This document shows, one piece after another, positions 18,687-26,192 of a stretch of DNA of 32,000 nt. A model generated the notes under the pieces. It was given only the letters and a program-made list of their open reading frames with translations. It ran no database searches and had not been told where the DNA came from. This DNA is from Candidatus Nitrospira inopinata. GTDB taxonomy: Bacteria > Nitrospirota > Nitrospiria > Nitrospirales > Nitrospiraceae. The stretch's first letter is position 1; each line of letters starts with the position of its first letter. The stretch covers positions 1,710,001 through 1,742,000 of the forward strand of contig NZ_LN885086.1 in assembly GCF_001458695.1 (NCBI RefSeq), given 5' to 3'. The translations under genes and the position numbers were made by a program.

Positions 18687-20162
18687 ATGGAGACTGGTCG
18701 CGCGAAGAAGGAACTTCCCGTCGTTTCCGCCGATCCCTTCCGACATCGGAGCGAAGGCTCCGACCGGTTTCACGACGAGTGCGCGGTGTTCGGGGTCTTC
18801 GGCCATGAAGAGGCGGCCAATCTCACCTATCTCGGGCTCTACGCCCTTCAGCATCGGGGGCAAGAGGCGTCCGGAATCGTCTCCGGCGACGGCGAGCAGT
18901 TTTTCGTAAAAAAAGGGTTGGGGCTCGTCGCCGATCTCTACGATAAATCGGTTCTGGAAAAACTGCCCGGCCATATGGCGATCGGCCATAATCGATACTC
19001 CACGGCGGGCGGCAACGACCTGAAAAACGTCCAGCCGCTGATCGTGAACTTTGCGCTCGGCAATTTGGCCTTGGCGCACAACGGCAATTTGATCAACGCC
19101 CAGGTGCTGCGGAACGAGCTGGAAGCCTACGGGGCCATTTTTCAATCCACGTCGGACAGCGAGGTGATCATTCACCTGATCGCCCACTCCAAGGCCGATT
19201 CGTTGCTGGCCCGCGTCATCGACGCGCTCGGCCGGGTCCGCGGTGCGTTTTCGGTCGTGCTGTTGACCGATCGGGGGTTGATCGCCGCGCGCGACCCGTA
19301 CGGGCTGCGCCCTCTGTGCCTGGGGCGGCTCCGCAGCAGTTGGGTGGTGGCGTCGGAGACCTGCGCGTTCGATCTGCTGGACGCCGAGTACGTGCGGGAG
19401 ATCGAGCCGGGCGAGCTGATCATGGTCGGCGATCAGGGCGTGGACAGTTATCGACCGTTTCCCAAGGTGGATCCGGCCATGTGCGTGTTCGAGTACGTGT
19501 ACTTCGCCAGGCCGGACAGCAGGATTTTCGGCGGCGACGCGGTGTACGCCGTTCGCAAGGCGATGGGCCGACAACTGGCGCAGGAGTCGTGGGTGCCGGC
19601 CGATATCGTGATTCCGGTTCCGGATTCCGGGGTGCCGGCCGCTCTGGGCTATGCCGAGGGAGGAGGGCTCCGTTTCGAGACGGGATTGATTCGGAATCAT
19701 TACGTCGGACGAACCTTTATCGAGCCGGAGCAGTCGATCAGGCACTTCGGGGTGAAGGTCAAGTTGAACGCGGTGTCCGAGGTGTTGCGCGGCAAGCGCG
19801 TGGTCGTGGTGGACGACTCATTGGTGCGCGGCACGACGAGCCGAAAAATCGTCAAGATGATCCGGCATGCCGGCGCAAAGGAAGTGCACATGCGGATCAG
19901 TTCGCCCCCCATCGTCTCCCCCTGCTTCTATGGGATCGATACGCCGACCAAAAAAGAATTGGTGGCGTCCGATCATTCCAGGGAGGAGATTCGCAAATAC
20001 ATTACGGCCGACAGTTTGGCCTATCTGAGCATCGAGGGCATGCTCAAAGCCGCGCCGGGCAATCCCCGTCAGTATTGCACGGCTTGTTTTACGGAACGGT
20101 ATCCCATTCCGTTCACCCGCGCGGAGGAGATACAACTCGGCCTGTTCGAGGGGGCGCGCTGA
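18687..20162 (+). CDS. purF: Amidophosphoribosyltransferase, [4Fe-4S]-type with N-terminal propeptide
   Basis: 491 aa. The Ntn nucleophile is at Cys32 (DEC|AVFGVFG). PRPP loop [13 protein letters not shown]. Cluster cysteines lie in [10 protein letters not shown] and QYCTACFT. There is no alternative in-frame start, so the propeptide would be 31 aa. Confidence 0.93.
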   Translation: METGRAKKELPVVSADPFRHRSEGSDRFHDECAVFGVFGHEEAANLTYLGLYALQHRGQEASGIVSGDGEQFFVKKGLGLVADLYDKSVLEKLPGHMAIGHNRYSTAGGNDLKNVQPLIVNFALGNLALAHNGNLINAQVLRNELEAYGAIFQSTSDSEVIIHLIAHSKADSLLARVIDALGRVRGAFSVVLLTDRGLIAARDPYGLRPLCLGRLRSSWVVASETCAFDLLDAEYVREIEPGELIMVGDQGVDSYRPFPKVDPAMCVFEYVYFARPDSRIFGGDAVYAVRKAMGRQLAQESWVPADIVIPVPDSGVPAALGYAEGGGLRFETGLIRNHYVGRTFIEPEQSIRHFGVKVKLNAVSEVLRGKRVVVVDDSLVRGTTSRKIVKMIRHAGAKEVHMRISSPPIVSPCFYGIDTPTKKELVASDHSREEIRKYITADSLAYLSIEGMLKAAPGNPRQYCTACFTERYPIPFTRAEEIQLGLFEGAR

Positions 20163-20189
20163 CGCCATAAGGCCAGCGGCGCCGGACGG

Positions 20190-20510
20190 ATGAAACCACG
20201 ATCGAACTCGCGTGTGCCGGTCGATTATGAAGCGTCGTTCACGAGCGACGTCGCGAACGGAACCGGCTTGTTGAGAAACCTGACCATCGGCGGCAGCGAA
20301 ATCGAAAGCGACGCGCAATTGGCCGTCGGCACGCCGCTCTGTCTTCGAGTCAAGACGTCCGGCGCCCGCCCGTCGATCGTGATTTCGCTCGGCATCGTGC
20401 GATGGAAACAGGACAATCGATATGGAGTGGAATTCATCCGATTCGAGGGAACCGCCAAGCAGCAGCTTGAAGACATGCTGAACCAGCGCGACGGCCCTCC
20501 GTCCGATTGA
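20190..20510 (+). CDS. Stand-alone PilZ-domain protein (putative c-di-GMP receptor)
   Basis: 106 aa. RxxxR motif (RSNSR) near the N terminus and a (D/N)x(S/T)xxG motif (NLTIGG). Confidence 0.75.
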   Translation: MKPRSNSRVPVDYEASFTSDVANGTGLLRNLTIGGSEIESDAQLAVGTPLCLRVKTSGARPSIVISLGIVRWKQDNRYGVEFIRFEGTAKQQLEDMLNQRDGPPSD

Positions 20511-20567
20511 TCGTCTCTCCTCGGTTGCCCGTTCAAAAAATACCGTGCTAGGATTCGGCGTCATGCG

Positions 20568-20592
20568 CCGTCGCGCGTGACGACGGTTTCTG
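20568..20592 (+). terminator. Weak hairpin plus TTTC after the PilZ gene
   Basis: CCGTCG-cgcgtga-CGACGG followed by TTTCTG. The stem is 6 bp and the T-tract is short. Confidence 0.25.
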
Positions 20593-20689
20593 AGAGGCGG
20601 AGTACGATGCCATCCACCGCGTGGGTGAGTGACGCGGTCGATTTCCGCGGCATCCGCCTTCATATCGCCCAGAGGGAGACTGCGACACG

Positions 20690-20929
20690 ATGGACGAGAT
20701 GGAAGAAGGAAAACGGAAATTTCTGGAGGTCGTCAAAGAGATAGACGAAACGGTCCACGTTGTGATTCCGGTTGCGCCGTCGAACAGCCAATTTTTGATC
20801 TCGTTGACCAAAGGGCCGAACCGCAAGTTCATGACGCTCTCGGAGGACGACGTGATGGATTTGCCGTCCGACGCCGGAATTCTCGCCAAAGTGACAAAAA
20901 TAGTGAAGGAGACGGTCGCCGCCCTCTAG
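20690..20929 (+). CDS. Small acidic hypothetical protein (79 aa)
   Basis: Balanced, protein-like composition (MDEMEEGKRKFLEVVKEIDETVHVVIPVAPSNSQFLISLTKGPNRKFMTLSEDDVMDLPSD...). Locally AT-richer. GGGAGA lies 10 nt upstream. I recognise no family. Confidence 0.55.
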   Translation: MDEMEEGKRKFLEVVKEIDETVHVVIPVAPSNSQFLISLTKGPNRKFMTLSEDDVMDLPSDAGILAKVTKIVKETVAAL

Positions 20930-20974
20930 TCAGGGGAACAGGGCGTCTCCGAACGCAAGCAGGACGGCCTCGCA

Positions 20975-21577
20975 ATGAAGCGGCTTCTTTCCGATATCTG
21001 GCAATGGTCGTGGTTTTCCGAAGAGAAACAACTCGATTTCAACGGGTTGTTTCTCGTGATCGGAGAACACAGGGTGCTGGTGGATCCGCCTCCCGTGACG
21101 GAGGAGGCCAGGACGGTGATTCGCCAAGCGGGAGCCATTGATTGCCTGATCCTCACCAATCGTGATCATGTCCGGGAGGCTGCGGCTTGTCGGTCGGAGT
21201 TCGGCGGTCGCCTGTTTGCGCCAGCTCTCGATGCGGCCGCTCTGGACCTCAAGCCCGATGTCACGTACCGGGATGGTGAGGTCCTGCCGGGCGGTATCCT
21301 GGTCATCGGGCTCAAGGATCAAAAATCACCGGGAGAATCGGCGTTATTTCTCCGGCGAGAAGAAGGCGTATTGATCGTGGGAGACGCCTTGATCGGCAAG
21401 CCGGCGGGTGGCGTCGGCATGCTTCCCGCCGACAAATATGCGGATGCGGCGAAAGCCAAAGAAGGACTCCGCCGTCTGCTTCAATACGAGTTTGACAGCC
21501 TGCTGGTCGGGGACGGCGCCCCGATTCTTAGGGGGGCCAAGCCGGTCGTCCGGCGTTTTCTGGAAGGAACGTCGTGA
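20975..21577 (+). CDS. MBL-fold protein with degenerate metal-binding motif
   Basis: 200 aa. WSWFSEEKQLDFNGLFLV ... VLVDPP ... ILTNRDHVRE sits where HxHxDH is expected ... SPGESALFL ... LIVGDALIG ... LLVGDGAPI. Confidence 0.75.
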   Translation: MKRLLSDIWQWSWFSEEKQLDFNGLFLVIGEHRVLVDPPPVTEEARTVIRQAGAIDCLILTNRDHVREAAACRSEFGGRLFAPALDAAALDLKPDVTYRDGEVLPGGILVIGLKDQKSPGESALFLRREEGVLIVGDALIGKPAGGVGMLPADKYADAAKAKEGLRRLLQYEFDSLLVGDGAPILRGAKPVVRRFLEGTS

Positions 21578-22398
21578 TGGGTTGGAACGGATCGTCCGAA
21601 GAACTGAACCGCCGGGGCAACGAGCTGTTTTCCCGTGGGTTCTATACGGACGCCTATGCCTGCTACGTCAAGGCCTTGGAGTGCGACCGGCTGAGCGGCG
21701 ATCGGCGGGCGCTGGTCATGACGTTGGGCAATCTCGGCAACATCTGCGCGGTCAGCGGACGACGGGAAGCGGCGCAGGCGTATTACCAGGAAGTGTTGGA
21801 GCTGCAGAAGACGTTCGGCGACGAGCGAGGGGTGGGGACGACGCTGGCGAATTTGGGAAATTTGAGGGCCGACGCCGGAGAGTGGGACCGGGCCCGCGCG
21901 TATTATTTGGAGGCGCTGGATCTGTTGAAAAGGACGGGGGATGAAGCGGCTCAGGCGGTGTTGTATTCCGATCTCGGCTTGGTGGCGCGCGAGACCGGAC
22001 GATTCGATGAGGCCGTGCGGTGGTATGAGCGGTCGTTGACGCTCATGCGGCGATTGAGCGATTGGGGCGGGATGGCGGACGCGTGGCGCATGCTCGGGCG
22101 CACGTTCTTGGCTCAAAAACGGTATGACGACGCGATCGCCTGCTGCCACACCAGTCAATCGATCGCCGAACGGTCTCGTGATGAGCTCCGCGCCGGCGGG
22201 GCCCGCTACGTGTTGGCCCAATGTTACGAAGAAACCGGCCGATTGCGGGACGCCGCCTCGCTGCTCGAACAGGTCGTTCAGATGGACCGAAAATACGGGT
22301 TGCCGAAACTCGACGACAACCTGCGTCGCTTGACGCTCTTGCGGGCTCGTCTTGCCGAGGAAGATCGTCGGGAACTTCATAGGGAGACGCCGGCATGA
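21574..22398 (+). CDS. TPR-repeat protein
   Basis: 274 aa. The GTG at 21574 (or the ATG at 21577) overlaps the MBL stop. Serial TPR units follow the pattern LGNLGN...G....A..YY.EAL.L (LGNLGNICAVSGRREAAQAYYQEVLEL; LANLGNLRADAGEWDRARAYYLEALDL; YSDLGLVARETGRFDEAVRWYERSLTL). Confidence 0.8.
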   Translation: MMGWNGSSEELNRRGNELFSRGFYTDAYACYVKALECDRLSGDRRALVMTLGNLGNICAVSGRREAAQAYYQEVLELQKTFGDERGVGTTLANLGNLRADAGEWDRARAYYLEALDLLKRTGDEAAQAVLYSDLGLVARETGRFDEAVRWYERSLTLMRRLSDWGGMADAWRMLGRTFLAQKRYDDAIACCHTSQSIAERSRDELRAGGARYVLAQCYEETGRLRDAASLLEQVVQMDRKYGLPKLDDNLRRLTLLRARLAEEDRRELHRETPA

Positions 22399-22832
22399 CC
22401 GATCCGACGTCCTCGGCATGGGCAAGGCTCCGCGCCGCCTTGACCGACGCTTTTCCCCAATTTTATGCGCTTGATCCCGGCGGGCCGCTGATGATGGATC
22501 TGGGGCATGACGGTTGGCTTCTGGAGGTCAAGCCGGACGGCACGGTGGTGTGTCAGTACGGCATCGCGATGGACGACGTGATGGCCCTGATGTCCGAGGG
22601 AACCGCGGAGGATCTCGGCACCGACGAAGTGGCCAAGCAAGCCAAGTACTATCTTCAACCGGCCGTATCGAAGTTTCGCCCGCTTCTCTTGCAATCCGGA
22701 TTTATCGAGGCGACGGAGATGACCGACGAGTTCGTGGCGGTCGCGTTTACGCGGGTGACGGACGTGGAGAACCCGGCCAAAGTGCAGGATCTCATTCGGT
22801 GGTGCCGGCGCCAGATCGGCGGCGCGGGATGA
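22395..22832 (+). CDS. Hypothetical protein (145 aa), no family recognised
   Basis: The ATG overlaps the TPR stop (ATGA), with GGGAGA upstream. Composition is protein-like and acidic. The stop overlaps the next start (ATGA). Confidence 0.6.
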   Translation: MTDPTSSAWARLRAALTDAFPQFYALDPGGPLMMDLGHDGWLLEVKPDGTVVCQYGIAMDDVMALMSEGTAEDLGTDEVAKQAKYYLQPAVSKFRPLLLQSGFIEATEMTDEFVAVAFTRVTDVENPAKVQDLIRWCRRQIGGAG

Positions 22833-23896
22833 AACAACGCATCACTACCTTCAATGAGTTTCGAGAAGCGGTGTCGGCGTACCGACTGCCGCGAGTTCTG
22901 CTGGCGGCGTTGGAGCTGAACCTGTGCACGGCGATCGGCGATCGCGCGTGGTCGATTCCCGATCTCGCCGAAAAACTCAAGGTCAGCGAGCGCGGGCTGG
23001 AGATTCTGTGCCGGAATCTGGCGATGGCCGGCGTGCTCAGGAAAAAGGGATCACTCTACCGCAACAGCCGGTTGGGAGCCACGGCGTTGAACGCCGGCCA
23101 TCCGGCCTATCGCGGCGACTATCTTGCCTTGGTCCAGAGCCATTGGGCCGACTGGATTCGGCTTCCCGAATCGGTCAGAACCGGCTTGCCGATCGACCAT
23201 GAGGCGCCGGAGGATCCGGACTGGAGAAGACGCTTTACGTGGGCGATGCATCACCGCACGATGGAGCTGGCGCCCGCCATCGCGTCGCGCGTGAAGCGGG
23301 GAAAGGCCGAGACATTGCTGGATCTCGGCGGAGGCCCCGGCACCTACGCGATGGCGTTTTTGGCCGTGAACCGTCGGTTGCGCGCCACGGTCTGCGATCG
23401 CGAGGCGGCCTTGGCGGTGGCGAAAGAGATCGCCGCGACCCATCCGGCCGGGCGGAGGCTGTCCTATCTGCCGCTGGATTTCACCAAAGAGGACATCCCC
23501 GGCCGGTACGACGTCATCTGGTATTCCAACGTGCTGCACATGTATTCGCCGGAGGACAACCTGGCGATCTTTCGCAGGGCCTTGGCGGCGTTGACACCGG
23601 GCGGCAGGTTGATCATTCACGATGCCTTTCTCCATGATCGCGAGGGGCTGTACCCCGCGGAAGCGAGTCTCTTCGCCCTGTCGATGCTCTTGTTTACGGA
23701 AAGCGGCAACACCTATACGGTCTTCGATGTGACGCGATGGCTCAAAACGTCCGGCTTTGTTCGCGTCAAGGCTCCGCGAATTAGGAAAGGACTGGAGGAT
23801 TGGGAGGACGGGATCCTGGAGGCGGTTGCGCCACGACCCCTCCCAGGAAAGACCGCCCGCCGACCAGGATCAACAGGAAGTTCAACCCCCCGCTGA
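22829..23896 (+). CDS. SAM-dependent O-methyltransferase (family 2 type, N-terminal winged-helix dimerisation domain)
   Basis: 355 aa counted from the ATG at 22829. The N-terminal wHTH-like region reads LPRVLLAALELNLCTAIGDRAWSIPDLAEKLKVSERGLEILCRNLAMAGVL. SAM motif I is LLDLGGGPGTYA, followed by DVIWYSNVLH and LTPGGRLIIHD. The upstream part of the listed ORF (22514-22828) is an out-of-frame artefact. Confidence 0.85.
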   Translation: MKQRITTFNEFREAVSAYRLPRVLLAALELNLCTAIGDRAWSIPDLAEKLKVSERGLEILCRNLAMAGVLRKKGSLYRNSRLGATALNAGHPAYRGDYLALVQSHWADWIRLPESVRTGLPIDHEAPEDPDWRRRFTWAMHHRTMELAPAIASRVKRGKAETLLDLGGGPGTYAMAFLAVNRRLRATVCDREAALAVAKEIAATHPAGRRLSYLPLDFTKEDIPGRYDVIWYSNVLHMYSPEDNLAIFRRALAALTPGGRLIIHDAFLHDREGLYPAEASLFALSMLLFTESGNTYTVFDVTRWLKTSGFVRVKAPRIRKGLEDWEDGILEAVAPRPLPGKTARRPGSTGSSTPR

Positions 23897-24170
23897 CCAG
23901 ATTGGTCGGGAGAGACCACAAGCCGCCCGCGTCTTTCGTCAGAACGTGCACCATTGTCGAGAGATCAAGCGCCAGCCCAACCGTTCCATACATCACGCAG
24001 GCCATTGCGGCCCATCGAAACCCCAACCAGACCAACGTTCCCAAGCCAGCCGGCATGAGCACGAGAAAGACGATCCACCAGGTTCCGGTCGGCGCGGCGG
24101 AAGCAATCAGGGCGCCGGTCTCGAAGAGCAGGAGTCCGGCCAAAATGGTGAGCAAAGCCCGTCGCTCCAT
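23781..24170 (-). CDS. Small integral membrane protein (about 4 TM helices)
   Basis: 129 aa counted from the ATG at 24168-24170 (MERRALLTILAGLLLFETGALIASAA ... WWIVFLVLMPAGLGTLVWLGF ... AAMACVMYGTVGLALDL ... LVSGGLNFLLILVGG). Its 3' end overlaps the methyltransferase 3' end by 116 bp. Confidence 0.6.
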   Translation of the reverse strand: MERRALLTILAGLLLFETGALIASAAPTGTWWIVFLVLMPAGLGTLVWLGFRWAAMACVMYGTVGLALDLSTMVHVLTKDAGGLWSLPTNLVSGGLNFLLILVGGRSFLGGVVAQPPPGSRPPNPPVLS

Positions 24171-24326
24171 CGGGGAAACTATAAAGACGGCGGAGCGGGT
24201 TCGGCAACGGTTTCCTTCGGCCCGGCTGACTCGTGAGCCCCACTTTCGAGGGGGGATCTTGCCACAGTGGGGAATGGACGACGGCTTCGATCCTTTGCAC
24301 AATGCGCCAGGCTATCGGGAGCGTCT

Positions 24327-25178
24327 ATGGCGCCGATCGACGGAATGCTCCGATCCTTTCACGAGGCGGTCGTCCGGGTGCGGGCTCTGTGTCCCCTGAT
24401 CACGGGAGTCTGCTGTTGTCTCGTGCTGATGGGGGAGCAGGCGACGGGGCACGAACCGGTTGGAGAGGAGGCCGAAAGAGCGGTCGTCGCCGCGGGGTTC
24501 GGATATCAGGATGAAACCGGCGCGATCATGACGGTGAAGGTCTATGACGCCGCTTCTGGCGAGGTGCTGTCCGAAGACGTGTATGAATTGATCGTTGAGG
24601 AAGACCCAGGCGCGCGATCGGACGGCTCGACGATGCGCATCTTTGCCGGAGGGGCGGGAGGAGCACCGGCCGGCCTCTCGAGTTTTCTACTGCGTGCCTA
24701 CGATGGAAAGACCGGAGAGTTTCAGTGGGTCGGGAGGCTGCATTTCAATCCGACGGAGCGCGGCGGGGGTGAAAGAGAGCTTGAAATTTCCCCCTCGATG
24801 TTTCGACGAGCGACTCTGACAAAAATCGGGGGCTCCGTCCGGTCCGAGGATTCTTACCCGTTGTTCATAGTGCGGGCATGGGACCCGTCAACGGGCGTTC
24901 TTAATTGGGAAGATGAGTTCTCTCCGGATGAAGAGGCCGCGGCGTCGGTCGGGACCGCCGTCTTTCATGCGACCGTCCCAGAGAGATCATGGGCCGAAGG
25001 GGGCGTGGTTGACTTTCGAGTTCTGATGGTTGACCGCAAAAGGGGATTGGTCTTGTGGGAAGACCGAGCATTTCAGTGGATGGAAGAAGAACCCCCAGCA
25101 TCGCCGAATGACCCTACGCAAAGAATGCCGGACCGGATGGGGCCGTCCGACGCAGGGCCGTCCCTGAAAGACATTTGA
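24327..25178 (+). CDS. Secreted or anchored protein with four PQQ/BamB-like repeats
   Basis: The start is uncertain (ATG at 24267, 24327 or 24345). There is a hydrophobic N-terminal segment (ALCPLITGVCCCLVLMG). The motif h-h-x-h-(Y/W)D-x3-G-x-h-x-W recurs four times (VKVYDAASGEVLSED, LRAYDGKTGEFQWVG, VRAWDPSTGVLNWED, VLMVDRKRGLVLWED). Confidence 0.6.
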   Translation: MAPIDGMLRSFHEAVVRVRALCPLITGVCCCLVLMGEQATGHEPVGEEAERAVVAAGFGYQDETGAIMTVKVYDAASGEVLSEDVYELIVEEDPGARSDGSTMRIFAGGAGGAPAGLSSFLLRAYDGKTGEFQWVGRLHFNPTERGGGERELEISPSMFRRATLTKIGGSVRSEDSYPLFIVRAWDPSTGVLNWEDEFSPDEEAAASVGTAVFHATVPERSWAEGGVVDFRVLMVDRKRGLVLWEDRAFQWMEEEPPASPNDPTQRMPDRMGPSDAGPSLKDI

Positions 25179-25182
25179 CCTC

Positions 25183-25200
25183 GGAGACCGCGCGGTTTCC
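25183..25200. terminator. Near-palindromic GC hairpin between convergent genes
   Basis: GGAGACCGCGCGGTTTCC lies 5 nt after the stop at 25178, followed by the GAACGTTC palindrome and GTTTCTC. Candidate bidirectional terminator; weak evidence. Confidence 0.25.
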
Positions 25201-25294
25201 CCGGAACGTTCGTTTCTCAAGATCGGCTGCCTCGGGCGTCGAGAGGCCTCGTCTTCGATCATCAATAATATCTTCAGGCTTGCCGACTCAGGAT

Positions 25295-26053
25295 TCATTG
25301 ATCCGCGTCCTGCGCCCTCGCGTCGGCCTCGACGGTTTTCTTCCGATGGATTTTTGTGGTGACCGAGGCGAGGTAGGAACGCAGCGCGGGGTCCCGTCCG
25401 ATACGATCGGTCGCCTGAGACAGATGACGTTCCGCTTCGTCGAGCCGGTCGTGTTCCTGCAACCAGTCGGCCAAGGCCAGATGAGGAAACGGCTCACGAG
25501 GCGCCGTGCCGATCAATTTCTCAAGCAGCTCCTGATTGAGGGCGGGGTCCCGTCGTTCCCAATACGCGTGGGCCAGATTCATCAGGATCACGGGATTGGA
25601 GTCTTCGAGGGCGGCGGCTCGTTTGAATGAAGGGAGGGAGCCCGCCGTGCCTTGGATCAGCTCCTGTTGAATGCCCAGGTTGTTCCACAAGCCCGCGATG
25701 TACGCCCTGCTCGTTTTGTCCGACAGAACGTCCCTTGGCAATGCGAGCAGTTTGGACTCGGCAAGCGAGAAACGGTGCGCTTCGATATCGTCACGGATGA
25801 CGGCCAGCGGCACCTCGTAGGCGGAAAGCGGGAGCGGCGGCAACTCGATCAGGCGTGTCGAGGGGATCGGGGCGGATGGCGGAAGCGAAGGAGGCGGCGG
25901 TTCGGCGATCGGCTTGTCGGATTCGAGGGACGCGGAAGGGGCCGGCGGAGCGAGTTTCTCCCGAAAGGAAGGGAAAAACTGATGAATGCCGATCAGCAAA
26001 AAGACGGCGAGCGCGAGCCACATGAGCAGCGGAGAAATATCCCGTCGGTACAT
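25295..26053 (-). CDS. Membrane-anchored protein with Pro-rich linker and TPR-like helical repeats
   Basis: 252 aa counted from the ATG at 26051-26053 (MYRRDISPLLMWLALAVFLLIGIHQFF = one TM helix). A linker PPAPSASLESDKPIAEPPPPSLPPSAPIPS follows, then helical repeats. The longer 372-codon version would overlap recG and is not protein-like. Confidence 0.6.
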   Translation of the reverse strand: MYRRDISPLLMWLALAVFLLIGIHQFFPSFREKLAPPAPSASLESDKPIAEPPPPSLPPSAPIPSTRLIELPPLPLSAYEVPLAVIRDDIEAHRFSLAESKLLALPRDVLSDKTSRAYIAGLWNNLGIQQELIQGTAGSLPSFKRAAALEDSNPVILMNLAHAYWERRDPALNQELLEKLIGTAPREPFPHLALADWLQEHDRLDEAERHLSQATDRIGRDPALRSYLASVTTKIHRKKTVEADARAQDADQ

Positions 26054-26153
26054 GGCGATCTCTTGTCTGGATGGTAGCACTCCCGGGAATACCCACCAAG
26101 CGTTCGGCCGAAACCGGCGCGCAGAATCGGCGGGAAACGAGCGCCGGGCGTAA

Positions 26154-26182
26154 TTGAGCAGGAAGGGGTGCTGTGCTACGAT
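26154..26182 (+). promoter_or_regulatory. Candidate sigma-70 promoter for recG
   Basis: TTGAGC-N17-TACGAT. The -10 element ends only 10 nt before the preferred recG ATG (26193), implying a near-leaderless mRNA if it is used. Confidence 0.25.
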
Positions 26183-26192
26183 CCGTTCCGGT

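Noticed and set aside
16220-20663. Minus-strand ORFs of 280, 364, 359 and 281 aa opposite purL and purF, plus internal plus-strand alternative frames
   Set aside because: Same reasoning: they are antisense or out-of-frame to strongly supported genes, and the translations are low-complexity.
20548-20889. 113-aa minus-strand ORF overlapping the 79-aa plus-strand ORF
   Set aside because: The plus-strand product has balanced, foldable composition and sits in the operon direction. The minus-strand product is Ser/Arg-rich with no SD.
22514-22828. N-terminal 105 codons of the listed 460-aa ORF
   Set aside because: It is an out-of-frame overlap with the 145-aa gene. The methyltransferase starts at the ATG at 22829, coupled to the upstream stop.
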